NCBI GenBank assembly: GCA_964188305.1 | Contig: OZ076886.1 | Origin: Podarcis bocagei | Taxonomy: Eukaryota | DNA length: 64,000 nucleotides | Direction: 5' to 3' (one strand) | Shown: positions 61,206 through 64,000 of the stretch, one piece after another | How positions within the stretch are numbered: position 1 is the stretch's first letter | Layout of the letters: each line of letters starts with the position of its first letter | The notes under the pieces: model-generated | Databases searched by the model: none | What the model was told of the DNA's origin: nothing | What the model saw: the letters and a program-made list of their open reading frames with translations, nothing else | Translations under genes and position numbers: made by a program

Positions 61206-62925
61206 AGACTGGCAGAGAAACACCACTATGTTTTGCATGACTAAGTGAATCTCCATTAAAAAAAATTAAAAAGCAGAAGAATCTGTCCTCCTTACTGCTT
61301 CTGTGAATTTCTGTGTCCACGAGAGGGGTGGTTTGGGTGTTTATTTGTTTGTTTGTTTTCACATTTGCAACTAGAAAGATAGGCAAGCAAATTGGATCAT
61401 TTTTTACATCGCCATGTCAGGGCTCCTCCTGCTTCTCATCTTTACCCTTCTGCTGCTTTAATGTGATCAAGGGAGCAGCAAAGCCCCTACAGGTCCATGA
61501 GGTAATTGGACGGGTTGCGATGGCAATAAAGACCCCACTTCTTTGTCCACATTATTTTGGTAACAAAGGCTGGAAAGGCCTGACAGGTAAACAGCAAATA
61601 AGCATTTTTACCACTGCGTGTTTCCTGAATTTTTGGTAGACTAATCCTGTCAAGAGTTTTAGCCTGGTGAGCAGATCAGGTTGCTGTCATGTGAAAGGAA
61701 GGGGATACGTCTTGCAGAATTCCCAGAAAGAAGCAGATGTGGTCCACTCACCTTGTTCTGACCTCTCTCCCCATTTTGCCTCGTACATTGGACCGTCACA
61801 CAAAAAAAGAGAATCGTTTCAGAATTCTGGACTGCAGAGAAAGAGAAATAAAATTGCCATCTTTCCTCTCTCTCCCCATCCCCCTAAATTTAAGTATTTC
61901 ACTTCGTTCTGGGCACTGAGCCCATGTCAAATACGAATGGAGGGAAACAGGGGAGTCAGTACCACAAGTCAGCCTCTGGAGCTGGAATAGTGGGGTTTCC
62001 TGGGCATAGCTGCTCTCTTGGACACTGTGAGGGTGAGAGAGGATGAGCTTTATGACTGAATGTGTACTACTGTCTCTCAGATGATGCTGTACATCTCCAG
62101 ACAAAGGCAGCAAGAGGCACAGGCTACACATTTGGTGGCCTTGGACCCGGCAAGTAAACAGGGTTCTAGTTGCTATGAAAACAGAATCATTCTCCAATGG
62201 GATGTTTAGCAGTGCAATTATGTACATGTCTATTCAAGAGTTAGTGTTGTACTTTTGCAATGGAGTTTCCTCCCAAGTAAGTGTGCATAGGGAGGAAAGC
62301 AGGGCTATATTTGGGGGTGGAGGTGCACCTATGCCTCTGAACATTGTAATGATAAGTGCCTTTCCTGTTGTGGTACACACACACCCCTGCCCATGTCAAA
62401 CACCCTGCTCCAGGAGGTCAGCTCAGCTCCTACTTTTTAAATATTCAATTACCACCTACAGATGTGTTTTCCAGTGTGAACATTGGGATTATATATTCTG
62501 GTGTGCCCGCAAGTACCTGCAATGATGCCAAAGGAAGGTCTTAATAAATACCCTCTCAAAAATCCACAATGCATGAAAGACTGTTTGCTCTTCCTGCTCA
62601 GTTCCTCTTTGCACTGGCTCATATTCTCCTGCATTGAACGCACCTCCTTAAATACGCCCAGCTTCCGTTGGTTGATAGGACTGGACACTCTCTCATCCAT
62701 TCTGAACGAATGAGAGGGTCAAGGTCCTTCTCTCCATGAGCAAATGTAGAAGCAACTGCCATTTCTCTCACTGATGGGGTGGCTGATGGAGGTGGGTATG
62801 CCTGCACTGTTTTGTGCCCCTGTCTCTTTTTCTGCTCTTTCAGATGTGGCAGCCATTTTGTGACTGGTACCAAAGCCCTTCTCAAAATTCCTTATGTGCC
62901 CATTAGACCCAGAGGGTTGGCAAAC

Positions 62926-62993
62926 CCTTATCAGTTGTACATAATTTGTCTTATTTGCTCCTTATCAGTTGTACATAATTTGTCTTATTTGCT
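62926..62993. repeat. 34-bp exact tandem duplication
   Basis: ccttatcagttgtacataatttgtcttatttgct twice. Confidence 0.95.
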
Positions 62994-64000
62994 CTTACTG
63001 AGTATTCGGGCTTATCTACTCAACTATCCTCTCAGCAGCTGAAACAACTGCTGAGAGGATTGTATAAACCTTCAGTGTATAAACCTTCAGTGCTGACAAC
63101 ACTCCCCTGTGTGGCCATTGTATTGTAATGTGTTGTAGGATAGGGTTAAATCACACAGGGAAATCATGCATCAAAGTCATGAAGAGCCTACAAAGGCAGT
63201 GAAAACAGGTATGCAAAACTTAAACAAATGGAGGGGTGGCACCAAAGAAGCTACTTGTCTCTGTTGCCATTTGTTCTAGGTCTAGCTTGGCATAATATAT
63301 TACTGTATCGGTATGATGGCTTAGCATCTGAGAGCTCCTTAGCTAGCAGCTGGCTGGTATGCAAGACCCAGTGTGCTAACCTGGAGTGCTGGAAGGAAAA
63401 TGTGGTGTCAAAACAGTCATGTACTCTTGAACTAGGCCTACACAACTCGTGACCCACAAAGCCATGTAAAGAGGCCCCCACAACCCTGCAGGTGCTCTGT
63501 TAAACTCCTCTTTTTGCCTGACCAAATTCTGCATTCCTTCATGTTAGTTTATTTATTTCACTATTTGCAAAAGTTCTGAATGAAAGATGCCTCCGGGTCT
63601 CCCCTGTGTCTCCCCGTTTCCAGAAAGGTTAGACTGAGGTGGCTGGAGAAAAACAGACGTTTCCATAGGATGGGTAGGCTGGTTGTAAATAACCATTAAT
63701 GAAAACCCTACGGTCCTTATTCCATAGTGGTACAGGCACTGGTGCTGGTCTGAATTCTGCTGTACACATAAATGGGCCCCTCCAGATGGTGTTTTCTTGC
63801 AGATGTATTCTGCAGCACATTTTTATTTTTATTTTTTAAAAAAATTGAATTCGTGGTGGATTTTTTCTACTTTCATTTGTTCTGTGATGCTTTCCCCATG
63901 CTACCACATTATCACTGTCTGAAGGAGCTATAGTTCAAGAAATGCAGGAGAAAAATAAACCAGGACATTTGTGCTGGATAGAACATTTGTGGGGAGGAGT

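Noticed and set aside
62449-62885. Overlapping minus-strand ORFs and a + strand acceptor-like tract near 62820-62843
   Set aside because: No recognisable protein or paired splice sites; an exon cannot be excluded without TBLASTX or RNA-seq

Overview
Vertebrate non-coding DNA, most likely from a lacertid lizard. The basis is four near-consensus Sauria SINEs plus typical squamate L1, L2, CR1, RTE, MIR-like and DNA-transposon MITE families. I find no recognisable host protein-coding exon, rRNA, true tRNA gene or CRISPR array, so the window reads as an intron or gene desert. Nearly all ORFs in the track are chance ORFs or TE-derived. The only long ORF with a recognisable product is a 5'-truncated L1 ORF2 C-terminus (36460-37623) inside a young insertion with a perfect 19-bp TSD. 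The window is a TE mosaic with frequent nesting: 7 Tc1/pogo-type TA-targeting MITEs; 4 copies of a 147-bp hAT MITE with perfect 8-bp TSDs carrying TTAGGG motifs and an RE1-like sequence; Charlie-like hAT MITEs; an RTE LINE with a short partner sharing its 3' tail; and a promoter-bearing TG...CA element without TSD. TE-free blocks rich in RFX, NF-Y, POU, SOX and PBX/HOX motifs may be enhancers. There is a 323-bp near-identical tandem duplication and two assembly gaps. I do not see convincing evidence of a new biological system. The best leads are the telomere-motif/RE1-like hAT MITE, the L1 ORF fused in frame to a host ATG, the RTE-derived short element and the NF-Y/RFX module. Family names come from recalled consensus features, not a database search.
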